In this document: positions 1 through 13,687 of the stretch, in pieces
How positions within the stretch are numbered: position 1 is the stretch's first letter
Layout of the letters: each line of letters begins with the position of its first letter
Source of the DNA: Amphiscolops sp. MND2022
Lineage: Eukaryota
NCBI GenBank assembly: GCA_964187785.1
Contig: OZ076416.1
Location: forward strand, 28,582,001-28,646,000
Direction: 5' to 3'
DNA length: 64,000 bases
Program-made: the position numbers and the translations under genes
Notes under the pieces: model-generated
The model's database searches: none
Seen by the model: only the letters and a program-made list of their open reading frames with translations
What the model was told of the DNA's origin: nothing

Positions 1-3000
1 CCTGAGGTCCACTTTCCGGCCAGTTTTTCACTGAGAGCGGTTATATGTCTTTCATTTACGAACTGATTAAAACCTCATTGAGAGTGATTTAAGACTTTGC
101 GTTTTATTGTGGCTATCACAGTTCTATATTTTGACCGAGTTGTTTCAGTAGGGATGTTAATTTGACAGTAATTGCATTATATAGCAGTTGGGTTCAAAAA
201 GTTTTGTAAAAACTCGTGACCAGATTGAAATTCTTGTAGGTAAATGAACGGGCTAGACCAGCAAAGTGCAAAATCTCCCGAAAAAAACTGATATTTCAAA
301 ATGAGAGACGTTTTCACGTTTTGCATTTGTCCTATGTTATCCTTGTTTGTTACCCAATTCAGCATTGTTTATTCGGATTAATTTTGTTGACAGAAATATC
401 ACAAAATTAGCGACGATGGATCTCCTCTGATTAAGAAAAACATTTCTTACTAGAGAGAATCCTTTTTCGCCGCTTCTACAAAGCAGTCTATTGGTACTTG
501 TGGTGTTGACTGTGCCACGAGAATGAAACTAAACATGTTTTCTCCCCCATCTGAACTCATTCAATAAATTGACCTTGGTCTCTTGAAAGTACCTAGTTTG
601 TTATCTTCTGTAGTGGTAGAAATTATTGTCATTCCTTCAAGACCGCAGTTGTATTTCATCGAAATGTTTCATGAATTTTCAACACTCTTGCCGTATCTAG
701 GGGTCTTGTATCATTCAAATATTTGACTTCGAAAATTTTATCTTTCTACTTTTGTGACAGTAACATTGAATGCGAACTTCAACAAAAAACTTTCTGCTGA
801 AACTAGGCAAGCCAGTACATTTTTTGATGCAACACTTTTTTTTGATTTTTTTCTTCAATACATCCGGTGTGAAATGTTATGAATCATAGCAACTGATCAT
901 CCTTGTAATCATGGCCTGAACTTGATTCAACTACATCGCAAACTGGTACAGAAGGCTAACGTGTTTAAACTATTTGTGTTTGTTTGCAGTGGTTTCCGTC
1001 ATCAAAAGCAGCAACTGCTCTCACCACCATCATCGACGCAAAAACCGGCGTGAAATTGCACACGGCCGATACTCAGAGTTCACTTGAAGCGTGATCAAAT
1101 AACCTGTTATCAAGTCCTTAACAATTGTTATCACCTGGTTACAACTGATTATCATCATTACCAACATATCTCTGAAACCACATGTCTCTGAAAACAGTGA
1201 TGGTCATGTTTCATCTCTTACAAGCTATACCATAAAAGCAAAACTGGTATCAACAATTTGGCAGCTAATTCGTGATTAAAGAAAAGTTGGGAAAAGAAAT
1301 CTTGCGAAGTAGCGTAATGGGAACATCTTCGATATCTCTTGTATGTGTGTGACTATCAATGTCGGATGATCCGAGATGTCATTCTGAGGTCGGTGGAATG
1401 CCAAGTTGAAAGACATGGTACAGAGTGAAGAGTCAGGTCAATTTTACCAGTAGTTTGTTCATATGGCTTCATAATGCTTGTCTTAGTCTGTAGCTAAAAT
1501 CTTGAAATCGGTGCTAAAGTTAGATTGATCAGATGAATTTTTATTTATGATTTGTCTTATTTATTGCCTGTTAGTTTAATCTCTATCGATGCCTTGGTTT
1601 ATTTGAGAGCAATACATTCCAATTCAGCGTCTGAACTAATGCCATTTACTTTAAACATTTGAGTTGTGTTAGCAATAATTTGAAGTAGTTGCTTATGAAA
1701 AATATAATTGAAGTTAAATGAACATGGAATCTCTAATACTATCATATCAAGTGTGCTCTTTAGCTTTCGATTTTATAATTCTCTGGCTCTGAATGAACAA
1801 ATATTGAGAAACTGTGTAACTAAGGATGATGAAAAATTCTACTGTAACAATAGGCCCAGCTTTTGATGTTTCATTTCTTTATGTGGAAACAATTGGACAA
1901 AAAATGTGGCGTTTTATACGGTGCATTCGGTTTTAAATTGACCATTGGCAATGCAAAAACAAAGGACTGCTGTGTTCGAAAAAAGACTCAGCTCTTTGTA
2001 TTTTACTGCTTCGAGTAGTTTTTTGGCGGAGAGGAATTTTCGAGAGTTTTTTAAAGTAGAAATTGACGTTTCGACACTATTTGATATAGCAAATTTGATA
2101 CAAAAAGAATACCACGCCATCGAAGACAGCGGAGCAATGTTCTGTAAACAACAAACCCTCGAATAACGAACTTATCTTTGAGAACCTTTTGAAAATAGAG
2201 CACCTTTTTCCCTGGGTTTTCTCCCGATGGTTTCAATCTTGACTTTTTGGACGATTATAGTCATATATTTCTAGAGCGGGTCTAATGTTCTTTTCAACCT
2301 GAATCCTTTTTGCATGTGGCCTTGAAGCCAGTGACACGTCGTGATCCAACTTTTCTCTCATCGTAATCAGTGAATTTGTGCACGATCTTTCACTGGTGGA
2401 AGTTCCCTCATTCCTCGTGGAGCTTCGATTTTGTCATGATTTTCTCTGAGATGCCTTTGAAAACAAAAAATCAGACCCTAAGAGCGTCCTTCGGCTAGCG
2501 AGTTATATATCAAGCGTATTAGCGCTTTTCCGTGAAAAAAACTCGTTCCGAACAGGTTTCATTGATCAGCGTCGTATTCGCATGAGTCCATCCACTGGTT
2601 GGCGACTGCTTTATACCGTCAACTTAGTAAGGTTGCGATTTAAACATGTTTTTTTTCGTTTTATAGTTTTTTTCGAAAAATGCATGTTTTTTTGTTTTTT
2701 GTCTGAGAAATGCCGGTAAAAGAGACAAAGCAAACTGCAAAATCCCTTCAGGAAAGCCCATACGTAATCCCAGCTTCCACCATGAGGTTGTAGATGCCTC
2801 TTTAAAATTTTCAGAAGCACTTGGCACAAAGGGATCTTCTTTTGCTAAAACTTTCATGACATCAGGCATGATATCGGCCTTACAGTGTCGAATATATTCA
2901 AGGCCCTTTACGTTTTCAGATGAAGTAAGAGAAACTGTAGTGGAAAAAATTAAAAAAACAACGTTTTTTTTCAATGCTGTTTAAAACATGTTTTTTATCC

Positions 3001-4299
3001 CTTGTTTAAAACACCTGTTTAAAAACAAGGCCAACCTTGCAACTTACATCTTTTCAAACACTTCAACAATGGTCGTTCTCGTTTGTAGTTATTTTCATTG
3101 CAATTCTAGTACGTTCCACAGAAAATTTGAGAAATATTACCCTTTGAGATTTGGGAAGGCATAGTTTGAAGTGTAATAAGGAGTGTAATAAGCATAGTAC
3201 TAGTAGGGACCGGAAAAATTAAAACCGGTGTAGGGACCGGTGTTTTAAAACGCCAAATAAGACTTATAGTAAGTGCAAAAAAACGGGAAATAAGTGGCAA
3301 AATAAGTAAATTTTAAGTGAAAAAGTATTTTAAACAGTAAAATCACATTCTCATGTACAAATACTTTTCTAAATTTTCAAGCAGAATGTTCGGGCAGTTT
3401 TTTTTCCTTCAGTTTTAACAAACTGGAAAGTCTTTCAACGTTACACGTTGCGATTGGTTTCGGATAGGGCGCTTGCCCATTTTTCTGCCCGATTATCAGT
3501 TTCTAAATTCAATGAGCTCTGATATTTTCGGTCATAAAGGTTTTCATTAGATTTATGCTTTGTAGTAGCCAAATGCTAGGTAATGTCAGATTTTTTTGCA
3601 TGGGATAGTCTGACTGAGCAAACTTTACAAAATATATGTTCATCTCGAATAACCAAATTGCGATTTAAATCCGCGTATTTACGAAAAAGGGCATGATTAC
3701 CTCTTACAGGCGCCATTGCAACAATATCTGAAATAAAATGCAGTGGTATTTCTCAGAAATGTCGTGCAAATGCGACAAACATCTTGTCCGATTTCTTAGA
3801 AATGCGCACTTTTCTTACAAATAAGTGGAATAATAAGTGAAATAAGTGTTTTTCCGAAAAACCGCATAATAAGTGAAAATGAGTGAGAACTTATTTTTCC
3901 GGTCTCTAGTAATAAGGATTTCCGCAAATTTAAATCGAATTTTTTGTGAAAATCCACAGGGAATTGTTTAGGTAAAAAATTTGTAAACTGGCACGTGAAT
4001 TTCACCCAAGCTTGAGCTGGACTTCAGTGTTTTTTTCATTGGGTTTCAATTGTGAAAAACTGAAAAGCAAATGTGTTTTCAAAAATGTGCACGCGTCACC
4101 CTGAAACTAATACCGGTCTCGAAATCCTCTCAATTGCATGGAAAAAATCGCCCCAAGAGTACATCGAAATCCACAGCTTGAGATCATATCAACTAGGACC
4201 TTGATATTAATCCCAGGACACACTGACTCCAACAAAGCAGTAGACCTTGCGCGAGCACTGAATGAGTACTGGCAATTAGCTTTTCTTGATGACATCCCC

Positions 4300-6338
4300 T
4301 GTCGCGTTATGACTAACGCTTAATCAGTAATATAAATGCTACTGCAACAATAAAGCGCTTAACAAAAAACACCTGATTTAATAAAATGCTCAACAATCGT
4401 CCCAGGGCTACTCTTTCGTTTCTATACAAAAGCACCTGCATAAATACAAAGCGTAATAAACATCTTTGTGCTACAGTGCAGTTTATGATTGAAAACACCT
4501 GAGTTAATAAAATTCTCAACAATTGTCCCCTGGCTTCAGTGCAGTTTGTATTCAAAAAACACCTGCAAAAACAAAGCAGGAAATTGAACTAACCTGGAGA
4601 AAGGGAGATTAAATAATAGATTAAGTAGGACGGCTGGCAGAGAAAAGGGAGGCCGCAGAATAGTAAGTAAATAATCGAGGGATACAAATACCGCGGGATT
4701 GCACAAATGAAAAATTCTATTAATTACCGCGGAGATTCGAAATCTAAAGCTAAGCTCTGATTGGCTGAATGCAAAACTACCCACCCAGGCACTTCGGCAG
4801 AAGTGCTGAACTGTTTTTATACGGCGTGCACAGGCTGGAGCTTCATTCTCCCCGCCAACCGGCAAAGCTTCAACTTAAAGAAGCTCTCTCCCTTCCTCGC
4901 TTCTCCTTCTCTTCCCTTCACTTGCTCCAACTATACTTCTCTTCTCTTCACTAAATTCTTGAATTATTACCCCTTTGACTAAAAAATTCTATCCTACTTT
5001 CTTCCCCTCTTTTGCTTTGGCTCTCAATTTTGCTAAGTCACATCCCTCTTAGCTGAATTTTCTATCTTAGAAAATTCACTTCAATCCGACAACAGTCCCC
5101 GGTCTAGTGAGTGAAAAATAACTTAGTTTCTTTTTGTGGAGATTTCTGATTCTCCTTTTTCTAACTGAATTCTATCTTAGAATAATTCCGCTGATTTCAC
5201 TCAGCGGTTGTTTAAATTCTATCTTAGAATAATTCCACTGATTTTACTCACTGGTTGTTAAAATTCTATCTTAGTATAATGCCGCTGATTTCACTCAGCG
5301 GTTGTTTAAATTCTATCTTAGAATAATTCCACAGATTCTACTCAGTGGTTGTTTAAATTCTATCTGAGTATAATTCCGCTGATTTCACTTAACGGTTGTT
5401 TAAATTCTATTTTAGAATAATTCCACTGATTCTACTCAGTGGTTGTTTAAATTCTATCTCAGAAAAATTCCGCTGATTTTACTCAGCGGTTGTTTAAATT
5501 CTCTCTTAGAAAAATTCCACTGATTCTACTCAGTGGTAATTAAAAATCTATCTTAGTATAATTCCGCTGATTTTACTCAGCGGTTGTCTAAATCTCTATC
5601 TTAGAATAGCACTAAATAAATGGTTGGCGTTACACAAGTATTGACAAAATCATTTTACCTTATTTACCCTGTAAGTTTGTCTCTTATAAAAAGTCTCAAT
5701 ACTGTCTCTATACTCAACAGAGCAGTGACTTCAAAAAACTAAAACTCGCCAGTTTAAATTATCGCCGGCTAAAACCATCCCTTATACGGAGCTAATCTAA
5801 AGCCTTTTCAAGATGAATTTGTAAAAGCTTGCAATTTTATCTGTAAATTTTATGAATGTTTTCTGATGTATTTTATAAAGCTACTTCACTCGAAGATAAA
5901 GTAAATCCTTTAAATTTACTGCTGAAGTAAAATGAATAGTTCATTTGCTGCCGAATTTAACTAAAGATGGAATAGACACTGAGATGCCTAAAAAATTTCA
6001 CTTAGTACTATTGTCCGTTCACGTGAGATAATTCAACATATTTACTTATCATACTTTCTTTTTAGTCAGAGAGCTCTTTTACATACACTGCCTTGCACCT
6101 ACTCACGCAATTTCCTTTGTTCGCACGTACACGCAAGGCACTTCCTTTCTAGTATTACCCAGAGTAAGCTTTGAGACTTTCTTACTCACTTCTGATCAAT
6201 AATAAAATAGCCGCCTGAAAGTACTTTGCAAAATGCTAAGTTTGCTGAACTGTCTAATACTGATAACAATTGAACAGTCCCTTGAAAAGAGAAAAACAGA
6301 AAATAGTAAACAGCAAAAATCTATCCACGCATGCGACG
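4300..6338 (+). repeat. 5' LTR of element A (LTR1, 2039 bp)
   Basis: Homologous along its length to 22689-24592; ends ...ATGCGACG versus ...GTGCGACA in LTR3. Confidence 0.92.
5168..5607. repeat. Tandem array of 46-47-bp hairpin units in LTR1 (9 units, alternating A/B types)
   Basis: Unit AAATTCTATCTTAGAATAATT-CCGCTGA-tttcac-TCAGCGG-TTGTTT alternates with CCACTGA-ttttac/ttctac-TCAGTGG units. Confidence 0.92.
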
Positions 6339-6341
6339 TAC

Positions 6342-6358
6342 TGGTGCGACCAGTGAGG
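6342..6358 (+). promoter_or_regulatory. Putative primer-binding site of element A
   Basis: TGGTGCGACCAGTGAGG starts 3 nt after the LTR1 end; complement ends in CCA; primer tRNA not assigned. Confidence 0.7.
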
Positions 6359-7355
6359 CAGAACACTTCCTCTCTTTTAGTAGAGAAGTAAATGAGCTAT
6401 CTGTTAGAATCCCTACTCTCAGAAGTTAAGGTTAACAACCTATTTCTCTTAATCTTACTTCTGATTTTCTTTTTTCTACTGCCCCAATATGTGGCTTCTT
6501 TGGTCTATATAAATCATAGAACTGCTAGTAATTACTCCAATAGAATCTCTCCAGCTTAACAGCTTTTGGAAGAGACTGTGCACTACTCAACTGAGTCCTC
6601 TCAATCCCCAAAACGGTTAGATCTGATTTACTTTTACGGATATGCTAGACTACATTCGGTCCTAAACAAGAATGAAACTGCTTTCTAACACGGAATTTAA
6701 ACCTACAGTTGGGAAATTCACTCAAGTCCAGACGAACACACATTAAGAAAAAGCCCGCCTAGGTCTCCTCGGAGGCTGATTGAAGGCCGTGAGCCCAGTG
6801 GGTGTCCTGAAACCTGTGTAGCATTCCAAGGTGGAAACCTAGATTTCTAAGAATTCCAGTGATAGTACCCTAGTGTTAGCATGATAGTGATCTTGGCCCC
6901 GCGCTACTTAATCCTGAGGACGAGAGTGACTCCCTCTGTTTGTTTGTTGTATTACTTTTACCAACGCCACTGAAAGGCTAGACTAGCAGATTGAAGACCT
7001 TTTGGACCTACTGTACTCTCCATATTTTTTTGGGTTGATTTGGAGGATTGGTATACACCGAACTGCCTTTTCTGTTAATCACTAAGATTTAGCGGGATTT
7101 GAAGTATTAAACCCGGAGGACTAACGTCTCCTAAGCCGAGAGGTGAGATCTTCAAAATTTTTTTACAGCATACTACTGAGTATATGCAAAGTCAGACCTG
7201 CCTATTTCTTATCATTTTTAGAACTCTCGCAAGAGCGTCTTTTACCTTAGTCCTTTGTGATTATTCACAGAGACCTGGAGTATCCTACCTAATCGAATCT
7301 TTAATTTAATATTTGTTGCTACAATTTCTTTCTCTAATAATTTCAATAGCTCACA

Positions 7356-8731
7356 ATGGCTGCGCAAAATTACTTGGCTTATCCAGACCTCGGCAGAGAC
7401 CAATTCACAGGAACAGACCCAGATCAAGATCCTGAACAATTTATACAACTAAATGAAAAGAAGTTCCGATTTTCTCATGGCGATACCCCAGCAAACGGAG
7501 CAGCACTTGACAACTACAACTTCAGAAGAAAATCCTACTTTGCTGCTCTACCAAGAGGACCCGCAGCGGAGTGGTTCGAGACCAGCATCACAGACGCTAA
7601 CACTTGGGCAGAAATCAGAGAAAGGTTCATCACACGATTCGCAGATGGCAGAAACAAATTCAGACACAGAATAGAAGCAGAACATGTCACCAGACGAAAT
7701 GGAGAAGAGATAAAGTTTTTCATACACAGAATCAAAATTGTTGTGGGAAAAGGCTGGCCAGATGATCTTGCTGGCGTTGCACAAAACGACAAATGCAGAA
7801 AGAGCAGCACAAGACAGACAAAGAAGACAAAGGTGCATCGACTACTCACTGAGAGGCCTAAGACCTCCAAAACTGAGAGAAAAGGCACACGAATATCTAA
7901 TGGATCACCCGAATGCAACCTGGGAGCAATTCTCCCAAGCTGTAATAAACTAAGACCTTTCCTGCACTGTAACTACCGCCCTAACTGGCGGAGAATCACA
8001 TGCAGACCCACTCATACAAGAAATGCGGGACGACCTGAAGGGAATTAAACTACAAATCAAAGAACAGATGAATAACACGATCAACGCAGTAGAGAATACC
8101 GAAGACCCTAATGCTACAGGACGAAGAATGGCCACACGATTCTGTGGCTACTGCCGAACGAATGGGCACACCTAACTGGTGCAGAAAGAAGATGAGAGAC
8201 GAAGTCAAGAAGGTTCAAAACGAAGCTAACACAAAGAGAAGAATAACATTCACCAACTATTACAACAAAAGAACCGGACCTGGACATGGCTCAAGATTTC
8301 AGCCAAGGTTACCCGTTTCAGAGATCTGAAAACATATGGCTGTGGCACACCAACTGGCGCTCGCTGGAGCTTTGCAAGCAACCCCCACTTGGAACCGATT
8401 TGATAAACCACAGAACAGAAACTTTAACTCAGAACGCAGAACTACGAGTACAAGGTTTGACTCTAATAACTCTAGATTCTCACAAGAGGGGAGAAGACCT
8501 TTTTCCAACAATCCCAACAATTCTAGAAGTGTCTCTCCAGGACTACAAAGGGCAAGATTTCCATTTGTCCCCAATAGAGGCCAGTCTAGTTCGTTCAACC
8601 GCAACATACTACCTCTTCCACCAAGGAATAACTCAGTTTTTCAGAGACAACAACAAAACAGAAACGAAAGACCCAACAACCCTACTCAGTCTTACGAGCA
8701 AAGATTCTCAAAGACCAATGACATGGGATGA
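7356..8731 (+). pseudogene. gag: Frameshifted gag with CCHC zinc knuckle
   Basis: ORF 7356-8048 (DPEQFI...LPRGPAAEWFE...WAEIRERFITRF, retrotransposon capsid-like); knuckle C-G-Y-C-R-T-N-G-H-T-P-N-W-C split by a frameshift near 8170; N/R/Q-rich tail in ORF 8336-8731. Confidence 0.85.
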
Positions 8732-9014
8732 TCCAAACAGAAAGGCAGTTTCTACAGGACTCAACTTCATAAATGTCCTATGTACACGGTTCGAGAAGAC
8801 ATTGCCAATTGTCATGGAAAACAACAAGAACCATACAATCATACTAGTAAAAGGAACAATTGGATACTCTATGCTAGACGTCATTGACAAAGAAATCCCA
8901 AAATATCAGATTACAAATCCTACCGAACTCGCTTACACCATTTTAAGCGAAAATGAAGAATACAATGATTGCTTCTTACTACACTCCACTATCCCTTCAC
9001 AAGATATGAACGAT

Positions 9015-9442
9015 TGCATCAGAATAGAGGGAGGAAATTCTACAACAATACTCAGCAGACCAAACTCTATTTTCATCTTTGCCCGGCTGATCTAAAGCCA
9101 GCAAAAAGCTTCTCTAAAGAAATTCTAACGAACATATCTTCATTAAAAGACTCTTGCGCAAAACAGAAACCACAAAAAGGCGACACAATACCCTACTGGG
9201 TTATGACTCTAAAGCGATTTATATACGTCCTAATCACTAAAGCTAAATCGAAAGACAAAATTGACCCACAAATTTTAGTCCAATCGCTGGAGACACTAGA
9301 AGCACACGCCAAAATGAATAGTATCAAGACAGTTTCTATGTTACGAGAAGCCTCGGAACTAGAAGACTTCCAATGGCAAGATGTTACACAAATTATTCAA
9401 GACGTTTTTGCCTACTCAGAAATACAACTCCGAATTTATACA
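9015..9442 (+). pseudogene. TARG1/OARD1 (Poa1p)-like macrodomain inside pol, upstream of RT
   Basis: RFIYVLITKAKSKDKIDPQILVQSLETLEAHAKMNSIKTVSMLREASELEDFQWQDVTQIIQDVFAYSEIQLRIYT aligns by eye, without gaps, to recalled TARG1 RYIYYLITK...[56 protein letters not shown]; N-terminal strand in the adjacent frame. Confidence 0.8.
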
Positions 9443-9535
9443 AGAAACGAACTAGATATCTATGCCATGACTACTAGATGAGACCCCGAATATGCACTAG
9501 TTGATGAAATACAACAAGTCTTTGAAGAATTTCAC

Positions 9536-12500
9536 TTGAAGCACAGAGAACTGGAAACTGACTTTACGAAAGACATAAAGTCCTGTCAACCACCTTGTGA
9601 CGAACAATTCAAGATATTTTGGCCCAAGGAAGACAACGAACGACTAATCGAATACTATCCTCAATATCAGAACAAAGAAGCAGTTCAATACATCAAAGAA
9701 TTCGACTTTCGCTACTCGGACCTCACAGACGAAGAACTTGTTCTTCTAATAGACCTACTAATGGATGCTAGCGATGTATACTCACAACACAAGTTCGACG
9801 TTGGGAAAACTAGACAGAAATTCATTATTAAACTGGAACAGGGAGCAATTCTGAAGAGACAGACCTAGCAAAGTACCACTACACCTACGAGAGAAGCTAC
9901 AAAAACTACTAACTAAGAGGCTGACATCATAGAGATGGGCGATGACGACGAAATGGGATCCGTATTCGTGAATCCCATCATCCTACAACCAAAACATGAT
10001 TGTCAAGTGACAGATCTAACAAACTACTCCTGGCCCTTGGAACCAATAAAAACCATAATGACGCTCATCAACGGGAAAATCTCAGTAAGTGATCTCTTCT
10101 GCGCTTTTCACCAAGTCCCACTAGACGAGCCCACACAGAAACTCACTAGCTTCATGATTGGCGGCAAACAATATACATTCACCAGAGGATTCTACGGACT
10201 TAAAGGATTACCCACTTTCTTCATCTGTATGATGACAAATCATTTCGAACCCCTCATCAAGAAAAAACAAGCAACTACCTACATAGACGACACGTTAATG
10301 CAGGCCAAAAACTAACAAGAAATGTTCAAAGTGATCCAAGAATACCATGACCTACTACGGAAAACAGGACTCAAGGCAGCGCCCGACAAAACACTATTCT
10401 TCTTGAGAAAAGTTAAGTTCCTGTGACATGTGATTGCAGCAGAAGGAATACAACCCGTTGCTAAACGAGTCAGGGATCTTCACAATCTCAAATCGCCAAA
10501 AACGAAAACTGAGGTAAAAAGCTTCCTAGGGGCTCTGGGATTTTATAGCTGTTACATCAAGAATCTACATGTCGATAGCCGACAATTCTACGAGCTGACC
10601 AAGAAAGATACAAACTTTTGTTGGAAACAAGAACATGAAGTCCTCTTCCAAGAAATAAAGAAGAGAAGAAGCGAAGACACAGTCCTTGCCGTACCCTCAA
10701 CAAAGTACCCTTCACATACACGTCGATTCATCCTACGTAGGAGCCGGATGTATCCTAATACAACAATCCCCCGAAGGAAAACGGATTATTTCCTTCAATT
10801 CACGAGTTTTTGCAAGAGAAGAAAAGAAGATGTCCACTCTACATAGAGAACTATGCGGCATAGTCTCAGCTCTTCAAACGTATGAGCACTACATCATCGG
10901 ATCGCCTTTCCCTATTTACTTATACTGTGACCATAAACCGATTCTATATCTCTGGGGACGAAAGGGACAAGTTTCCCCACGCTTCTTTAGATACCAAGTG
11001 ATTATTTCCAAGTTCCCCAATCTAAAGGTAATATGGACGCCGGGAAGCAACTTAGCCTTCCCTGATATATTCAGCCGAAATGTCTCAATCGAAGAACACA
11101 AGAAACATCAATTTAGCCACAAGATCCTACCCAACGACATACACTTCTTCGATGAGCATGGGACTCAAGTTCACTACAAAATCAAACACGAGGAAAACGA
11201 CGAGACATCAAAGAATGACTTCTACCCTATATTGTACGAGAAAGGGAAAGAATACACAAAATACTTACAGCTCTGTCAACAGCGATGCAGACGATGATGC
11301 TCCCACAAATGATGAACGTCAAGAAGTGAACGAAACAAATTACGAGCCGAATACGAGTTCCCGGGCACCCAAACAATGTTTCTCCAAAAACGATAAGGCA
11401 ACAGAAAATCACGAGCTCCCTAAAACCACCATGGGAAAACAAAAAACATCAGCACGAGAACTCATAGGCCAACTTGATAAGATATCCAGAGAAACGGAGC
11501 TAAATGTCAACACAATCTTACAAGAACAAATTAACGATCCAGTCCTTAGTGTGGTTCGACAGTGGATAAGTCAGGAAACAAGCCTACGCCGAAATCACCA
11601 GAGTTACAACACTCGAAAGGCCTCATGCGCTACTTTCAGCAGTTCGACAGACTAACTATAGAAGAACAAGGAAACCTCCTCTGTTACAACGAGCCAACTG
11701 ACGACCCTGCAGACGCAAATCTGAGAATCTGCCTACCTCTCTATTTCTAGCTTGCTTCCGTATGGGACATTACATTGACCTGGGCGGCCGCATGGGAGCT
11801 GAGAAAACCTACCTAAAAGCTGAAAGATTCTACTACTGGTCCGGAATGCACGACTGGATCTGTGTCCTCACACAAGATTGTGTTAGCTGCCAATCTAACA
11901 AATCCAAACAACGAAGAAATAACGAAGTCCCACTGGAAGACTGTGAAACTGAGACCCAAGTATTCAGAAAGGTTCATATCGATCACAAGGGACCACTCAA
12001 CCCTCCCAGTCGTGGAAATTCACATTGCCTCCTCATCATTGACGCCTTCTCACTCTACTTGATGGCATACCCGGTTAGAGACACAGGAGCACAATCAACA
12101 ATCAACGCAATGGAAAAATGGATTATGCACTATGGAATACCGCAATCTATCTTACATGATAGAGGAACAGCCTTTGTAAACACTGAATTCATCAATTGGA
12201 CGAAAGAGTTTGGCATTACTCTTCGACCAAGAACTGCACACTCACCCTGGACAAATGGCAAAGTCGAAACCCAAAATCAACACATTGCAAGATACTGGAG
12301 AAACTTCTTAAACGAATCAGGAAACAACTTTTGCATTCGCCCACAACACAAGCGTCAACTACACAACAGGAAAGACATCATACGAAATAGTGTTCTGCAA
12401 CAAACCACAAATACCTAAGAGTCTTAAGCTGGGACTCTGTAGGAATAAAAACAAGAACTGCAGATCAGTTCTGTAACGGATTACCTCCCCATCGCCATAG

Positions 12501-13364
12501 CGAAAACCAAGTCAAAAACGAACTACTAAATGGACTACTAAGACCACAACTATCTCAAAGCTTGCTGGAACGAGAAACAGCCTTCGAAAAGGTCTACTCA
12601 TCCACATACGTAAAGTGCAGACACTAAACAGCTCGATCACACGCCTACAGAAACAGATTTAAACTCGGAAATCATCTCAACATAGGACAAAAGTTCCTGC
12701 TAGAAAACCATCGAAAGGATCTCTCTAAAAGCCGAAAACTTCAACAACTGCGATTAGGACCCTTTACAGTTACCAAGAGAGTTACCAACACAACCTACCA
12801 AATAACACAAGTTCGAAATCTCGAGAACCTCCGAACTGTCCATAGAAATCACCTAATAGAATACTTTCCCAAAGAGGAAACACTCCCCCCTCTTATCGAA
12901 GAATACACAACTCCAAACCGGGGAGACACGGATTTTTATAACAATCTTGTCAAGGGCAGAATTGAACAGCTTAATGTTTCAGACCCACAAATACTCGGAG
13001 ATCTCTGTATACTGCCAGTACGGAACCAACAAGATCAATTACCTGCCCGCAAAAGAGCACAAACCCCACAGAGCACAGACTCTGGTATCATCTCTCCAGC
13101 AAATCAGTTGTTGACAACCCAAAGACTCCTGATCAGCCTTCGACCTCACATCCTCGAGACACCGCAACCCCTATCCTGACAATGACACAACGTCAACCGA
13201 CACCAGCACCCCCAACTAACACCGCGGCATCTTCAACCAAAATTACCAACTCCCTTGCAAGAATTAAGAAGAGCTGTTGCCCTCCACATAGAAAGAAATC
13301 CACGCTATCAACGCGCACAGCCCAATCAACCAGCACAACAATCCATCCTTCGCGAAAGGACTAG
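9536..13364 (+). pseudogene. pol: Disrupted pol: RT, RNase H, integrase (copy 1)
   Basis: RT SDLFCAFHQVPL...FTRGFYGL...YIDD (9935-10315); RNase H HVDSS...HRELCGIV...YCDHKP (10686-); integrase H/C zinc finger, HIDHKGP, HDRG, NGKVETQN (11762-12418); many stops and frameshifts. Confidence 0.93.
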
Positions 13365-13687
13365 AATTGGTTACAAAGAATAACCTTATCGTGCCATGCC
13401 ATAAAGTCTATCTAAATTTGCCTTGGCAAGTTCCGCGAGAACTTCAATCCTTCTGCGTTCCCGAGCCTAGACAAACGACTCAAGCCCCAAAAATCGAATC
13501 TACATCCTGAATCAAGGACTTTCGCCCTCTTATATCAACACCTCGCATACTATGCAGTCACACACCACGACCCTATCCTGGAGGAACTCCTATCCTACAT
13601 GCATACCCTAATACCTGACCTACAACCTTCCCTACCTAATACTCAAAAGGACCTATTCTGCTGCTCTACTATCTCCTCACCTATCTC

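Noticed and set aside
177-930. Possible DNA transposase remnant on the minus strand
   Set aside because: Coding-like patches are broken by many stops; no catalytic motif or TIRs could be identified
4295-4299. 5-bp TSD for element A
   Set aside because: Left TCCCC does not match right CCCCT; only the 4-bp CCCC matches
5168-5607. CRISPR array (palindromic repeats at regular spacing)
   Set aside because: The intervening sequence is itself repeated, with no unique spacers; the array lies inside an LTR of a eukaryotic retrotransposon; no cas genes
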